From Tetramitus jugosus (taxonomy: Eukaryota > Protista > Heterolobosea): 64,000 bases of DNA. Below the pieces are notes generated by a model. That model saw only the letters and a list, made by a program, of their open reading frames with translations. It was not told the origin of the DNA and made no database searches. Location: contig OW569376.1 in the NCBI GenBank assembly GCA_937625935.1, forward strand, positions 124,001 to 188,000, written 5' to 3'. Below, piece by piece: positions 35,118 to 45,928 of this stretch (positions are counted from its first letter, which is position 1; every line of letters starts with the position of its first letter). Made by a program: the position numbers and the translations under genes.

Positions 35118-35288
35118 ATTTCCGTTACGGCTATCAAGGAATTCTCCAGACTTCGCGAGTTAACTTGTCATAAATAACAAGCTCTACACCATACCCAGAC
35201 AGCCAAATTTTAACAAGTTACGTCATTCATCAGTTTTGAGTAAATACTCTGGTGGAGACATTCCTTTATCAAGCCTACAACTGACAAT

Positions 35289-37088
35289 TCAATTAGACTC
35301 ATTGAAAGGTTGGCTCATGTCCTGCTTTCCATCTGTGAACTGTCTCCAGAGTTCTTCAATTGCGGCTTTGATCGATTTTTCTGAATTCAATTTCTGTATT
35401 TCTTGGACCTTGTTCTGGATATTCTCTGAAGCGTATTCACAAAAATATTCTATTACTTCTTCTTCATGCATTGTATTAACACCAGTCCACACAACCTCCA
35501 GATCATTTTTAAGATCAGCAGACACATCCAACAGTAAGTTACTTCCCGGAAATGCCACAATTAGCTTCATCATTAAACTTTTGCAATTTCTGAGCTCATC
35601 TGACAAGTATTCAATTACAGAATACTGTCCATGTTCGATTGCAGCTTCAACAAGACTTGTATTGTTTCGTAATCGCTCAGAGGCGTAGTCCAAAGCTGGA
35701 CCACAATTTGTCACAGCCGTCAATATAACATCATAGTCATCTCTCCAGTATTCAGGAAGATGGTTTAAAGCCACAGTTGCTAATTCGTGTTTCATACAAC
35801 GCATTACAATGTCTCGATCATTTTTCAGTTCCTCTGACACGAATTCCACCACGACTGGATTCTCTCGAATCGCTTTTATCACAATCCTTTTGTCATTCCT
35901 TGCGATCAACGGCAAGTATTCCAGACAGTATGGCTCAACAGTAACTATTCTTCGAAGGAACTCTCTGTCATTCAATAGTCTCTCAGATGCATTCTCGATA
36001 AAAGCTGCATCCACTTCTACTGCAGATGATATCATTGCTTCGTCATCTGAATACAACTTTGGATCAACATATTGAAGGAGAAAGTCATCTGTTGGGATCA
36101 GATCAGACTCTAGTGCCGCGCAGAGTACATCTCGGTCCTTTTGAAGTTCCTCGTTTAATTCATAGAAATGAGAATGGTCATGCTTCAAGGCTGCAATAAC
36201 AATATCTTTATCGTTTAGCAGCTCTTTATCATCAATATGTTCAAATATGTCTCTGGTCTTCATTGCAATAAGAATCATTGCTTTGTCATGTGCAAACGAT
36301 TCATCAACATAAATGTAAGCATATCCATCGCTCTGCAGGCACTTCAGTACGATCTCCTCATCTGTTTTTAGAGATTCTGGAATGTATTCCAGAATATGTG
36401 GCTCTTCATCATTCCAGAATCCATAGTTTGCAGCAGTCAAATACAATAATCTATGTTGATGTTTGAGTTGCTGTTCGATAATTAGCGAGTAGCATTTAGC
36501 TGCAACACTGTCAACATCATACTCTTGTTGTGGTTTGAAACTCTGAACAAGTGTTGCGTGATTTTCGAAACGTTTCGTACAATAATTCTCGCATTTCTCT
36601 AATAAAGTCCATATTTCTCCAACATTTGGACATTGCTCTTCAGTCAGATCATCCAATCTACTGAATAATGTTTTCAGATCTGATATTAATGTTTCCACTT
36701 CAAAACACTGAAAATCAACCTTTTCTGGAACAAACCACGCGCAATTCTTCAATATCTCCAAATACTGTGCTCCGTGTTCACTTCCATAACAATGAACCAG
36801 ATATGAAACACGATCCAAAAGTTGATTAAACCCTAAGAATCGCATTTGTGCTTTCATTATCTTTCTCGCTTGTGGTGTTTTTAAGAAGTCCAATGAGGGC
36901 AGCTCATAAATATGCTCTATTCTTTGTTCCAAGTGTGCTGCTAATTGACAGCATTTGACTTCATCCATTTTTGATAAAACATCATAAAAGGGTTTACATA
37001 CAAGCATCAAGTCGTGTAGCTGTGGTTCATGCATTGGAATGAAAGTGAAGATGTCATGCCAAACATCAGCATTTACGTTCAATAACAT
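35289..37088 (-). CDS. F-box-like plus DUF4116-repeat protein
   Basis: Probable start MLLNVNADVWHDIFTFI...LMLVCK (F-box-like); repeated 'SEELKNDRDIV..A' units. Confidence 0.8.
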   Translation of the reverse strand: MLLNVNADVWHDIFTFIPMHEPQLHDLMLVCKPFYDVLSKMDEVKCCQLAAHLEQRIEHIYELPSLDFLKTPQARKIMKAQMRFLGFNQLLDRVSYLVHCYGSEHGAQYLEILKNCAWFVPEKVDFQCFEVETLISDLKTLFSRLDDLTEEQCPNVGEIWTLLEKCENYCTKRFENHATLVQSFKPQQEYDVDSVAAKCYSLIIEQQLKHQHRLLYLTAANYGFWNDEEPHILEYIPESLKTDEEIVLKCLQSDGYAYIYVDESFAHDKAMILIAMKTRDIFEHIDDKELLNDKDIVIAALKHDHSHFYELNEELQKDRDVLCAALESDLIPTDDFLLQYVDPKLYSDDEAMISSAVEVDAAFIENASERLLNDREFLRRIVTVEPYCLEYLPLIARNDKRIVIKAIRENPVVVEFVSEELKNDRDIVMRCMKHELATVALNHLPEYWRDDYDVILTAVTNCGPALDYASERLRNNTSLVEAAIEHGQYSVIEYLSDELRNCKSLMMKLIVAFPGSNLLLDVSADLKNDLEVVWTGVNTMHEEEVIEYFCEYASENIQNKVQEIQKLNSEKSIKAAIEELWRQFTDGKQDMSQPFNESN

Positions 37089-37221
37089 CTCAATTGGGGT
37101 GAAAAGTGAAAGGAAGTGGATGTGGATGTGGTGTGTTGAGATGGTTGGGTGGGTGGGAGTGGATTGTTCCCTAAAAAAAAAGCGGGAAAACCACCTACAC
37201 AAAACATCTTTTCAATTCTTT

Positions 37222-38112
37222 TCATACAACAAAAACGTTGTGTATTCCACAAGCAATGGAAAACAGGTAATCTTGTTGGTGTTCACTTTCAGCCCATGCT
37301 GTGGTGAGACTCTTGAACTTTGTTTTAATTTCCCCGAAGGTGGCTTCACAAATGGCTCTCACACTTCTCTGTTTGGCATTATATTCTTCTTGACCTTGAC
37401 TGAGGGGATTGCCCTTCTTAGTGCGACCAACAGGAATCGTGATTGGTGAGTAGCACTTCAATCCAGTCTCATGTTCGAACCTCTGGAAGTGTGTCACCAA
37501 TAAACACACCGCCACTGAAGTTTTCATCAAGAATTCTCTTGTTTATCTTCGCCCAGTGTGAATCATACAGCTTTGGTGTGTATCAAAATTGTAATCCGAG
37601 AAGAATCTAATTCTCCGTCTGCGATCAGTGATGACCATTCTTCGCAGAGCTACCTTCTTTAGTTTACCACTATACAAGGGATGCCTCTTGAGTGCCTCTC
37701 CTCTTCTCTCAATTTGACAATCTGTTGAATCGATCCAAAGAGTGGTCCCTCCGACCGCTCTCGGAATTTTGACTTTCTTTGTTGCTTTTTCCCAGTCAGC
37801 AGTAGTCCCAGGAGTGACTTGACTCCTACCCCAGGTGTTCAGTCCTTTTCTTACCTTTTTGATGTTTCTGTCAAGAGTTTTATGGTTGACCTTGTACCAA
37901 CCTTTTGTTGACTTCGATAACCCGGAGAAACCAATATGGTACGCATCCTTGTACAGTTGTAGATACACTGTACGTCGAAGAAAGTGCTTCGGTTGCTCAT
38001 GACCCCCGAGATGAACCGAATGGCGAAAGAGGTAGCTGACCAATACATCAACCGTTGCTCTGCGAACTTTTTGCTCGACGGTTTCACGAATGTCACGATA
38101 TGACAGGGTCAT
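37222..38112 (-). mobile_element. Harbinger/ISL2EU-like (DDE_Tnp_4) transposase, frameshifted
   Basis: LWIDSTD, YSGKLKK, YNAKQRSVRAICEATFGEIKTKF; broken near 37530-37580. Confidence 0.75.
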
Positions 38113-38819
38113 TGTATTATTGGTTTTGTTTATGGTGGTGGTTTTGTTTGTACAACAACGTTTGAAGTAATACAACAAGTGGTTCAGACAGTGAAAAAAT
38201 TCGGGGTTGAATCGGTGGCGTGGTTTGGTCAAGTTTATTTCGGGGGTTGGCCCTCAGTGCTGCCAATATCTTTACGATGCAGAAAACAGCGTCTGCAGAA
38301 ACGCGTCATATTCGAGAAAGAGGTAGAAAATCCACCAAGCTGGTGAGCTGCTTTGTGATCAAGTAATGCAACGACAACTTGTCCCTAAACTTTCGATAAG
38401 TGTTGTTGTATGTATATCTTTATGTCCACTCCATCAGAAGCGAATGGAACAAATTGTGACAATATAGATAGTAATATTCCATCCCCAGCACTCTTCATTA
38501 ACTTGGTTGGAATTGCAGCCATCGGTAGAATGTTGTGCAGCTGACATCTGGTGTATGTTGGAAAATAACCAATCGTGCAATACACCATCATATATTCTGT
38601 TCGATCTTTCAAACAACACTCATCCAGATATACTGTTCTTTTCGTGTTTGAGTCTACCACCACGAGAGTAGACAGGTTCATTGCAACGTTTGCATTGAAC
38701 TACGACTCGTGGCATATCGATTGTATGCATGAAACTTGTAAGTACAACGAAGACAAGGTGTGTACAGTATTGCGTCAAGAAGTGAGCGAACAAGAAACAG
38801 ATTTGAGTGTACAGTTCTC

Positions 38820-39478
38820 ATGATTGAGTCCCAACAACAAGCATTGCTTCAATTGCTTTTGACATCAATGCAGACCAACCAACAACAACAGGAACAACCA
38901 CAGCAAGCAACAGTACAGTTAACAGAACAACATCAACAGCAACTAACACAGCAACCTCAGGAACCAACAGTACCAAAACAACAACAGTGACTACAGCAAA
39001 CAACAGCAGCTACCAGTGCAACAACATACACGTCAACGGCAAGGTTATGTGAGCATTCTAGAGGAAGACATCTCATTTGAAATATCTGATACATCCAATA
39101 CTTGAAAAGAAGAACAATAGGAAGTTGTTCAATGAAGCTAAGAAGAGAGCTTTGGTGCAGCAATGTGCAGAACAGCTTTACTTGAACAGAGAGGAATTCT
39201 ATTATAGAAGACAGAATGCTGTCATGAAGAATGCTTTGAGTCGAATTCTGCCAGATGCCAGTGACAACCACATATCAATATTGATTACTGCAATTGGTGA
39301 TTACAGAAGGAATCACTGGATAAAGAAAGGAAACCACTCCATGTGGAAGGAGGAGATGAAGTATAAGAATCTGGATTATCGCAAGGGTGTCAGATTCCAG
39401 TGTAGCTCTGAGAAGAAGTCGCAGACACAAGCGAAGTCCAAATCTATTGTTCTTCCTGCTGATGCGATCATAATATGA
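38820..39478 (+). pseudogene. Gln-rich hypothetical protein, frameshifted
   Basis: Q/T-rich N-terminal piece followed by a 133-codon globular-looking piece. Confidence 0.3.
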
Positions 39479-39876
39479 AGCTTCCAACAATCTGGCAATG
39501 GTATCTGCATTAGCTCTGTCATTATCATAAGCCTTCTTCAGGTCCTTCTTAATACCATCAAGTTGAGTCTGATCTTTCATAACTTCAGGATTCAATTGTA
39601 CGACTTTATGTGATTTGGCTTTTTCTAAAGCTGGAAACTCTGCGAGTTTGAGAGAGTGTCAACTCTTGGAAATGTCCAAGACAATCGTTTATGCCCCTAT
39701 GACTCTATGATTTGATTGGAGTTCTATCGCCCCGTCACATATTGAATCTAAGTCGTGACCGTTGGCAAGCGGGGATATATCTGTGACATTTGACGGGCAA
39801 TTTCTTTTCGGGACTTCGAATCATCTAATTCATCCTCGCACAAAACTCGTTCGAGGAGCACAGAAACCAAAGAACA

Positions 39877-40683
39877 ATGATGAAACAACTCTATTCTAAC
39901 AAGAAGAGCGCCAATATTATCCTCCTTGTTGGAGCGATTACAATCTTCTCTGTCATCTTTTTGCTCACTCAATCCTCAAAGGGACCTCTTGATATCAATG
40001 AACACAACAGCAACCACGACCGAGTATCTAGAGAACCAAAGCAAGTGTATTTCGATCTAGGAGCCAACAGAGGAGACTCTATTGAGACGTTTGTGGCATT
40101 GGATGGTAAGACTGTAGGACTCAACAACAATCAAAAGTTGTCGGGTAGAGGAGCGACTGGCAAGTGGGACATTTGGGCATTTGAAGTGAACCCACAGTGG
40201 AATGAAGAACTGGACAGAGTAGAGAAGAAAATTATGAGTGAGCGTCCCAATCAATACAATCTCTTTATCAAGAAACAGAGTGCTGCTTATATCAATGATG
40301 ATCATGTAACAGTGTATTTGGACACTGTGCAACATGGCTCAGTGGGAACTAGTTTGATGAGTAATCATAGAACTGTGGTGAACAGTCGATCAAAGAATGG
40401 TGAAAACACGGTTCAAGCAAAGGCATATGATATGGCACGAGTCATCAAGGAAAACTACAGTTTGGATGATCTCATTATTGTGAAGATGGATGTTGAAGGT
40501 GCAGAGTACGAAATTTTGCCACATTTGCTATTGTCAGGCGTTGCACCATACATTGATTATCTCTATGTGGAGTATCATGGACAAAGAGTAGTTCCAGAGA
40601 ACAGACAGCTTCTCCAGGCTGAGCACGGATTGAACTTGGTGTTCCAGAAGGCTGGAGTCAATGTTTATGGAAATTGGAATTAA
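39877..40683 (+). CDS. FkbM-family methyltransferase (paralog of 2435-3187)
   Basis: Same motifs and colinear catalytic domain as 2435-3187. Confidence 0.85.
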   Translation: MMKQLYSNKKSANIILLVGAITIFSVIFLLTQSSKGPLDINEHNSNHDRVSREPKQVYFDLGANRGDSIETFVALDGKTVGLNNNQKLSGRGATGKWDIWAFEVNPQWNEELDRVEKKIMSERPNQYNLFIKKQSAAYINDDHVTVYLDTVQHGSVGTSLMSNHRTVVNSRSKNGENTVQAKAYDMARVIKENYSLDDLIIVKMDVEGAEYEILPHLLLSGVAPYIDYLYVEYHGQRVVPENRQLLQAEHGLNLVFQKAGVNVYGNWN

Positions 40684-40911
40684 ACTCTTAATTATTAAAG
40701 CAACAATCAAATTTCTCAATTTGACAAAAGCCACACATGCTCGCCAACGTCACGAAACAACAGCCAAAGTCATCGGACAGATTGATTTCAGGCCCCGCCC
40801 TTTTTTCGTTTGATTTCTACAATAAACTAGTGTCGTACATAGGATGGAGTCATCACAAGAGTCAAAATGAACCTGTTAGCGATTTTATTTCAAGTTTGGT
40901 GATGACCAATA

Positions 40912-41967
40912 CTATGCAGCCTTCAAATGATTGATTATTCGAGCCAAATCAATTTTACTTAGATCTGAGATGCCAGTTGCTTTTCTTGACGACAAAGTAG
41001 TCTGTGTACTCAAATGAAACATCTTTCGACTAAATATGGGCGAATCAGCTGTATCCATCAACTGTTTTGCTCTCATGTCAACAATGATGTGCATATCTGA
41101 AACATGGGGCTTCCCATTGAATTCATTGTGTGGGCCTAGCGTAAAATTAGCCATATAGTCCACCACTCTTTCAAACTCACTTGCGTTTCCATACACCATG
41201 GAAGGAACAGAATTCTCATAACCTGTGAACCGCTTGGGAAATGGTTGTTGTCCATAGAAATCATCAGGCCTGTATCTAAAGTTGATCAAATCGAAATCAA
41301 CCATGATTCCACCTCCAACAACAGCCAATGCAATGTATCTGATGTAACATGACATTTCGTAGGTGGGATTGTTGACTGTTGGAAGATTGGATAATCGCTG
41401 AATCCATTCCGGGTACTTTGGATGGTGTTGAGCATCTTCTTCACTCAACACAATCGGTTCCCAACAATTGTATTCCCACGATACTCTCCACTCTTCCAAG
41501 ATATCTTGTCCCTGTGATTGTATATCTGGCATAGGAGTAAAGTACGTGTAGACCCGTCGATCAAGACCTTCATATGGAGTACAGTCAATGGGTGAGTGGA
41601 ACTTCCGCTTGATGGCAGCTCTCGTAGGTTTTGGCTTTGCAGGCGACGAAGCTGTTGTGGAGTTCGTTTTCGCCCCTTCTGTCGAAGTAGTGGGAGTGGT
41701 TGAGTTTGAGGTAGATGGTGTTGGGATGGGTCTCGAGGTGGATGTGGTAGAAGCAATGGGGGTGATGCAAGCTGCTTCCGTTGTTGTTGGACGTCCTGTG
41801 GGTGATGGTGTAGCTATGTTGGCGTCATCCAAAGCTGGTGTGGTTCTTGTGATGGGGTGTTCGACAACGGTGATTGTGGAAGGACATCTCCGAGTCATCA
41901 TATTCAGTAAGAGAATTGAGACAAGGCAGAACAAGAAAATGGTTATAAGTCGAAACTTGGGTCTCAT
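40912..41967 (-). CDS. Putative DxD glycosyltransferase (copy B)
   Basis: 340/351 aa identical to 5764-6819. Confidence 0.75.
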   Translation of the reverse strand: MRPKFRLITIFLFCLVSILLLNMMTRRCPSTITVVEHPITRTTPALDDANIATPSPTGRPTTTEAACITPIASTTSTSRPIPTPSTSNSTTPTTSTEGAKTNSTTASSPAKPKPTRAAIKRKFHSPIDCTPYEGLDRRVYTYFTPMPDIQSQGQDILEEWRVSWEYNCWEPIVLSEEDAQHHPKYPEWIQRLSNLPTVNNPTYEMSCYIRYIALAVVGGGIMVDFDLINFRYRPDDFYGQQPFPKRFTGYENSVPSMVYGNASEFERVVDYMANFTLGPHNEFNGKPHVSDMHIIVDMRAKQLMDTADSPIFSRKMFHLSTQTTLSSRKATGISDLSKIDLARIINHLKAA

Positions 41968-42331
41968 TGGTGTTTCAAGTGTGTTAGTTTGTTGGTGTTT
42001 GAATACTTGGTGAGTTTTTATGTGACTATCAAGAGAACCCTAATGGTATTCAGTTATTTGTCCTTATTCCTTGCGGGAACTTCTTATACTATCTCCAAGA
42101 TTGTACAAGTATTTCCGATGAACGCACTACAGTAAGCTGAAATGTTGCGATTCACTCAGTATTGACCAAACACTTGTCCTATTGTGCGAGTACACAACCA
42201 AGTTCCAATCGAGCTAGAATCGTTTCATACGTTCATAGTTCGTTCCATCAGCGAATCATCAATCATCAGCTCAACAGTTGTTAATAGTACTGACGCACAA
42301 AAACCAAACACCGTTTCAAATTCTCGGACAA

Positions 42332-42787
42332 ATGTCTTCCTCTGGCCTATTGGTGCTCTGTTGGTCACTTCTTGTTGTTGTCATTGTCTGCGTCGCCCTT
42401 CCATCAGTTCATAGCTCTTCACTCACTAATCATGTGGTTACATTGACACCAGACAATATCTCGCACATTACTCAAAACTACAATGTTCTGACGTACTTTT
42501 ACTCACCCCTGTGTGGGCACTGCAAGAGGTTTTCTCCACAGATTGAAAAGCTGGCGGCTCTGATCCATCGATCCAACATGCATGAACATGTGTTTGTTGC
42601 TCAGATGGACATGTACAAGTATCCAAACATGACACAAGCTTTCTCTGTCAATGGTTTTCCCACACTTAAGCTATTTACCAAACGGCAACACATTCAAGAT
42701 CGTTCCCACGGTAAAGAATTCCAAGCGGAACGCACAATTCAAAATTTACTCGACTTTTTGCATTCAGAGCTGCATTACCCAGAATGA
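42332..42787 (+). CDS. Thioredoxin/PDI-like secretory protein (copy B)
   Basis: Signal peptide; FYSPLCGHC; VNGFPTLKLF. Confidence 0.85.
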   Translation: MSSSGLLVLCWSLLVVVIVCVALPSVHSSSLTNHVVTLTPDNISHITQNYNVLTYFYSPLCGHCKRFSPQIEKLAALIHRSNMHEHVFVAQMDMYKYPNMTQAFSVNGFPTLKLFTKRQHIQDRSHGKEFQAERTIQNLLDFLHSELHYPE

Positions 42788-43121
42788 GATGGGTGTTGTA
42801 CATGAGGTGAATGCGACCGTCGATCATCCACTTGACCTTGGCTTTTTGCAATTAGAATGCACAATAAAACTCCGGAGTTGTATGACAAGGAATACAAAAA
42901 TGTTCGCACTTCGTAATGAACCATTGAAGTAATGCTCCAAATAGGTCATTTCTGGGCGAGAGTGAGAGCTACCTTGGAAGAGTAACCAGGATTACTTTTG
43001 CTGGGTTATTGTTACTTGCTCTGGTCATTCTGACAGCCAAAAAGGCTCATTGTTCGTTGATCACTTCAATATCACTCAATCCAAATGTATTCCCATTTTT
43101 GTTTATTGATGATCAACACCA

Positions 43122-43967
43122 CTAGTACTTAACATCTGGCTCGACTAAATCAGACACCATCATATGACCTGGAACATGAGTGATTATCAATGCACATTTC
43201 GATGAAATTGCAGCCATGGTCGATGTGACACCACATGCCCAGAAACATGGTGTCTCAGTTTCCAGATCCACACTCACCGAATCACCAAAGTCCACCTTGT
43301 CCAGGTCTTCTATACCCAAAACAGCAGGCTCTCCACAATGAACAGGAGCACCGTGTGTTTCACTGAACTGTGCCGTAATATCAATTGCTTTCTGGACAAG
43401 TTCATTCTTGACTGGTCTCATGCTCACGACCAGTGGACCTCGAAATGCACCCACTGACTCACACTCCCTATTCGTCACATACATGCTCACATTCCTGTTC
43501 TGCTCAATGTTTCGAATCGATATTCCACCACCCATGAGTGCACGCTCAAACGAGAAGCTACAACCAATGAAAAAGGTGACGAGATCATGTGTCCACAAGT
43601 CACTAATGTCATACACATCTTTAACCATTTGTCCGTGTGACCAGATTCGATACTGTGGCAGATCAGTTCGGATATCACACACATCATCGCCCTCCTGATG
43701 AGCATCATCACTGTCATCCGATCGGACGAGCACCTTTGGTCTCGTCTGACCTGCTTGCATCACTTCCAGAATGGGACAGGCTTTGGCATTGGCACGACAA
43801 AAGAGCTCAAAATCCGGGGCTAAATCCCTGGGCAGGATCACCACGTTTGCCTGGAGGAAACCTGGGCAATATCCACTGGTAGGGCCAATGTGCTCTTGTT
43901 TTCTAATGAGTCGTCTGAGTTGACGTGGAGTTGTCTCTGTCTGTTGATCTTGATTTTGTTGTTGCAT
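43122..43967 (-). CDS. DUF1445/UPF0317 putative hydro-lyase (D-glutamate cyclase-like)
   Basis: GPTSGYCPGFLQANVVILP, DIRTDLPQY, IGCSFSFE, VVSMRP, HGAPVH, FWACGVT. Confidence 0.9.
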   Translation of the reverse strand: MQQQNQDQQTETTPRQLRRLIRKQEHIGPTSGYCPGFLQANVVILPRDLAPDFELFCRANAKACPILEVMQAGQTRPKVLVRSDDSDDAHQEGDDVCDIRTDLPQYRIWSHGQMVKDVYDISDLWTHDLVTFFIGCSFSFERALMGGGISIRNIEQNRNVSMYVTNRECESVGAFRGPLVVSMRPVKNELVQKAIDITAQFSETHGAPVHCGEPAVLGIEDLDKVDFGDSVSVDLETETPCFWACGVTSTMAAISSKCALIITHVPGHMMVSDLVEPDVKY

Positions 43968-44191
43968 GACGTTTCAAACTCTCTTCCTCGTTTGCTACAA
44001 TAACTCCTTCCTTCTTGTTATTTACTTGCACTTTCTTGTTCCTTTTGAGTGTTGGAAGCTCGTGTTGTTTGTTTCTCCGAACTACAAAAAAAGATTTTCT
44101 GCTGCTTGGAAGAAAAAAACTGAACCGAAGAAAACAAGCAAAGCGAAACCAACCAACGCCATATCCACACACAACATCATCATCATTACAA

Positions 44192-45036
44192 ATGACACTC
44201 ATTGAATCCATATTCGGAAGAAAAAAGACTACAAAGGAATTGATGCGAGAATACAAGAGAAGCATCGATCGAACCATACGTGAACTTGAACGAGAGAAGC
44301 GCACCATGGAACAACAGGAGAAAAAATTGATTGCTGATATGAAACGTATGGCCAAGCAGAATCAGATGGATGCCGTTAAAATTATGGCAAAGGACTTGGT
44401 TCGAACCAGACGGTATCAAACAAAGTTTGTCAATATGAGAGCTCAGCTTCAAGCTGTAGGATTGAGATTACAGGTACCCCATCTATCTATCTATCTATAT
44501 ATATATATATTGTTTTTGTTCTTTGTTCTTGTGTGTTTGCGTAGCTATGCACGAAGCTATGCTGCTGTTTTTGTCGTGTGTTTTTTTTATTGTTGTTATT
44601 TGTTGTTATCTGGCTAACAAATTGAGATATCTTGATATTTCCTTGGGGGGGTAATGAAATGTAGACACTTCAATCGACACAAGCCATGACAGATGCCATG
44701 CGTGGAGTTACTAGAGTCATGAAAGTCATGAACAATCAAATGAAGTTGCCACAGATGCAAAAAATCATGATGGAATTTTCAAAGCAGAATGACATGATGG
44801 ACATGAAGGAGGAAATGATGTCCGATATGATTGATGATGCCATGGAGGGCGAAGACGATGAAATGGAAGAGGAAGGCATCGTGAATCAAGTCTTGGACGA
44901 AATTGGTCTCGGAATGGGAGAACGAATGGGTGATACGGCCAATTCTGAACTGGCCAATTCATCTGTCAATAGTGGTGGCAATGCAGTGCACGATGATGAA
45001 TTGCAAGCAAGGCTACAAAATTTGAGAAACAATTAA
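44192..45036 (+). CDS. CHMP2A: ESCRT-III subunit CHMP2A/Vps2; exons 44192-44473 and 44665-45036
   Basis: IMAKDLVRTRRY, MTDAMRGVT, QVLDEIG, LQARLQNL; phase-0 GT...AG intron with a CTAAC branch site. Confidence 0.93.
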
Positions 45037-45049
45037 CCAATTGTCATTG

Positions 45050-45105
45050 TACTATTATTATTATCTATTGTTATTACTGTTATTATTATTATTATTATTA
45101 TTATT
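45050..45105. repeat. (TTA)n-like microsatellite between convergent genes
   Basis: Run of tattattattatt. Confidence 0.7.
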
Positions 45106-45700
45106 GTTCGTTGTGTGACATGTTAATGTGGATTGTGCCATGGAGCAGTAAGGATTGAGAAGCTTGTGATTGTTGTTCTTGTTCTTGAATAAAATCGAGA
45201 AACAGTGGATCGTTCAATCGTTTGAGATGATCCATGGCAATCAGTGTCGATTGAGACATTTGAGCCAATGATTTCTTGTCTTGTGCCGTCTTTTCCAACA
45301 CTTCAGTCTTTAGAATGTGTGAAAGGTGATCGGATGCACTCATTTTACTCTTATCGAGCATCTCTTGTCTCATCATGTGACTCTTGTTGTGATCCACTGC
45401 AAAAATGGTCTGTGTTTGATCCAGTGTGAGCTCTAATTTGTTCAATAGGGCACTAATGACTTCAATGTCTTGTTTTGCTTGATTGAATGTGTATGATGGT
45501 GATGACGATGATGATGATGGTTGGTGGTGATGATGAGTGTCTTCTTGTTGTTGTTGTTGATTTGGGTTGTTAGGATCATCAATGTCGTTGTTATTGGTGT
45601 TGGTGTTGCGCACAGTGACACATTTGCGAAAAAAGGAATTGATTTTGCTTTCAATTTCGTTGGCCAGGTTCTGTTGTGTGATAAATGGTGAACTGCTCAT
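45101..45700 (-). CDS. Hypothetical coiled-coil protein
   Basis: 199-aa ORF with low-complexity N/Q/H/S tracts typical of this genome; fills the gap between neighbouring genes. Confidence 0.6.
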   Translation of the reverse strand: MSSSPFITQQNLANEIESKINSFFRKCVTVRNTNTNNNDIDDPNNPNQQQQQEDTHHHHQPSSSSSSPSYTFNQAKQDIEVISALLNKLELTLDQTQTIFAVDHNKSHMMRQEMLDKSKMSASDHLSHILKTEVLEKTAQDKKSLAQMSQSTLIAMDHLKRLNDPLFLDFIQEQEQQSQASQSLLLHGTIHINMSHNEQ

Positions 45701-45928
45701 GTTATTGTGTTGTGAATGCTGTTGCTTTTTTCAATCTCGGAGTATTAAAGTGTTTTGCAGGACGAGAACTTGCTCAAATTTCAATGTTCGTCAACACCTG
45801 ATCCAAATGAAAGATCGTCTCAATTGAAGAACGATCGATTAATCATCCAGCCAACCAAACGACTTTTTAACATTGAAAGTCCGGTTCAATTTTTTGAACG
45901 AACTTAAAATTCTGTTGTCAATAAAAAA

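Noticed and set aside
12379-41967. RT plus a near-identical gene pair as a possible diversity-generating retroelement
   Set aside because: The RT is L1-like with poly(A) and TSD. The differences between the GT copies are sparse mixed transitions, not adenine-specific changes in a short variable region.
44015-44617. ORF-track 200-aa protein with hydrophobic ends
   Set aside because: It is CHMP2A exon 1 read through the UTR and intron.
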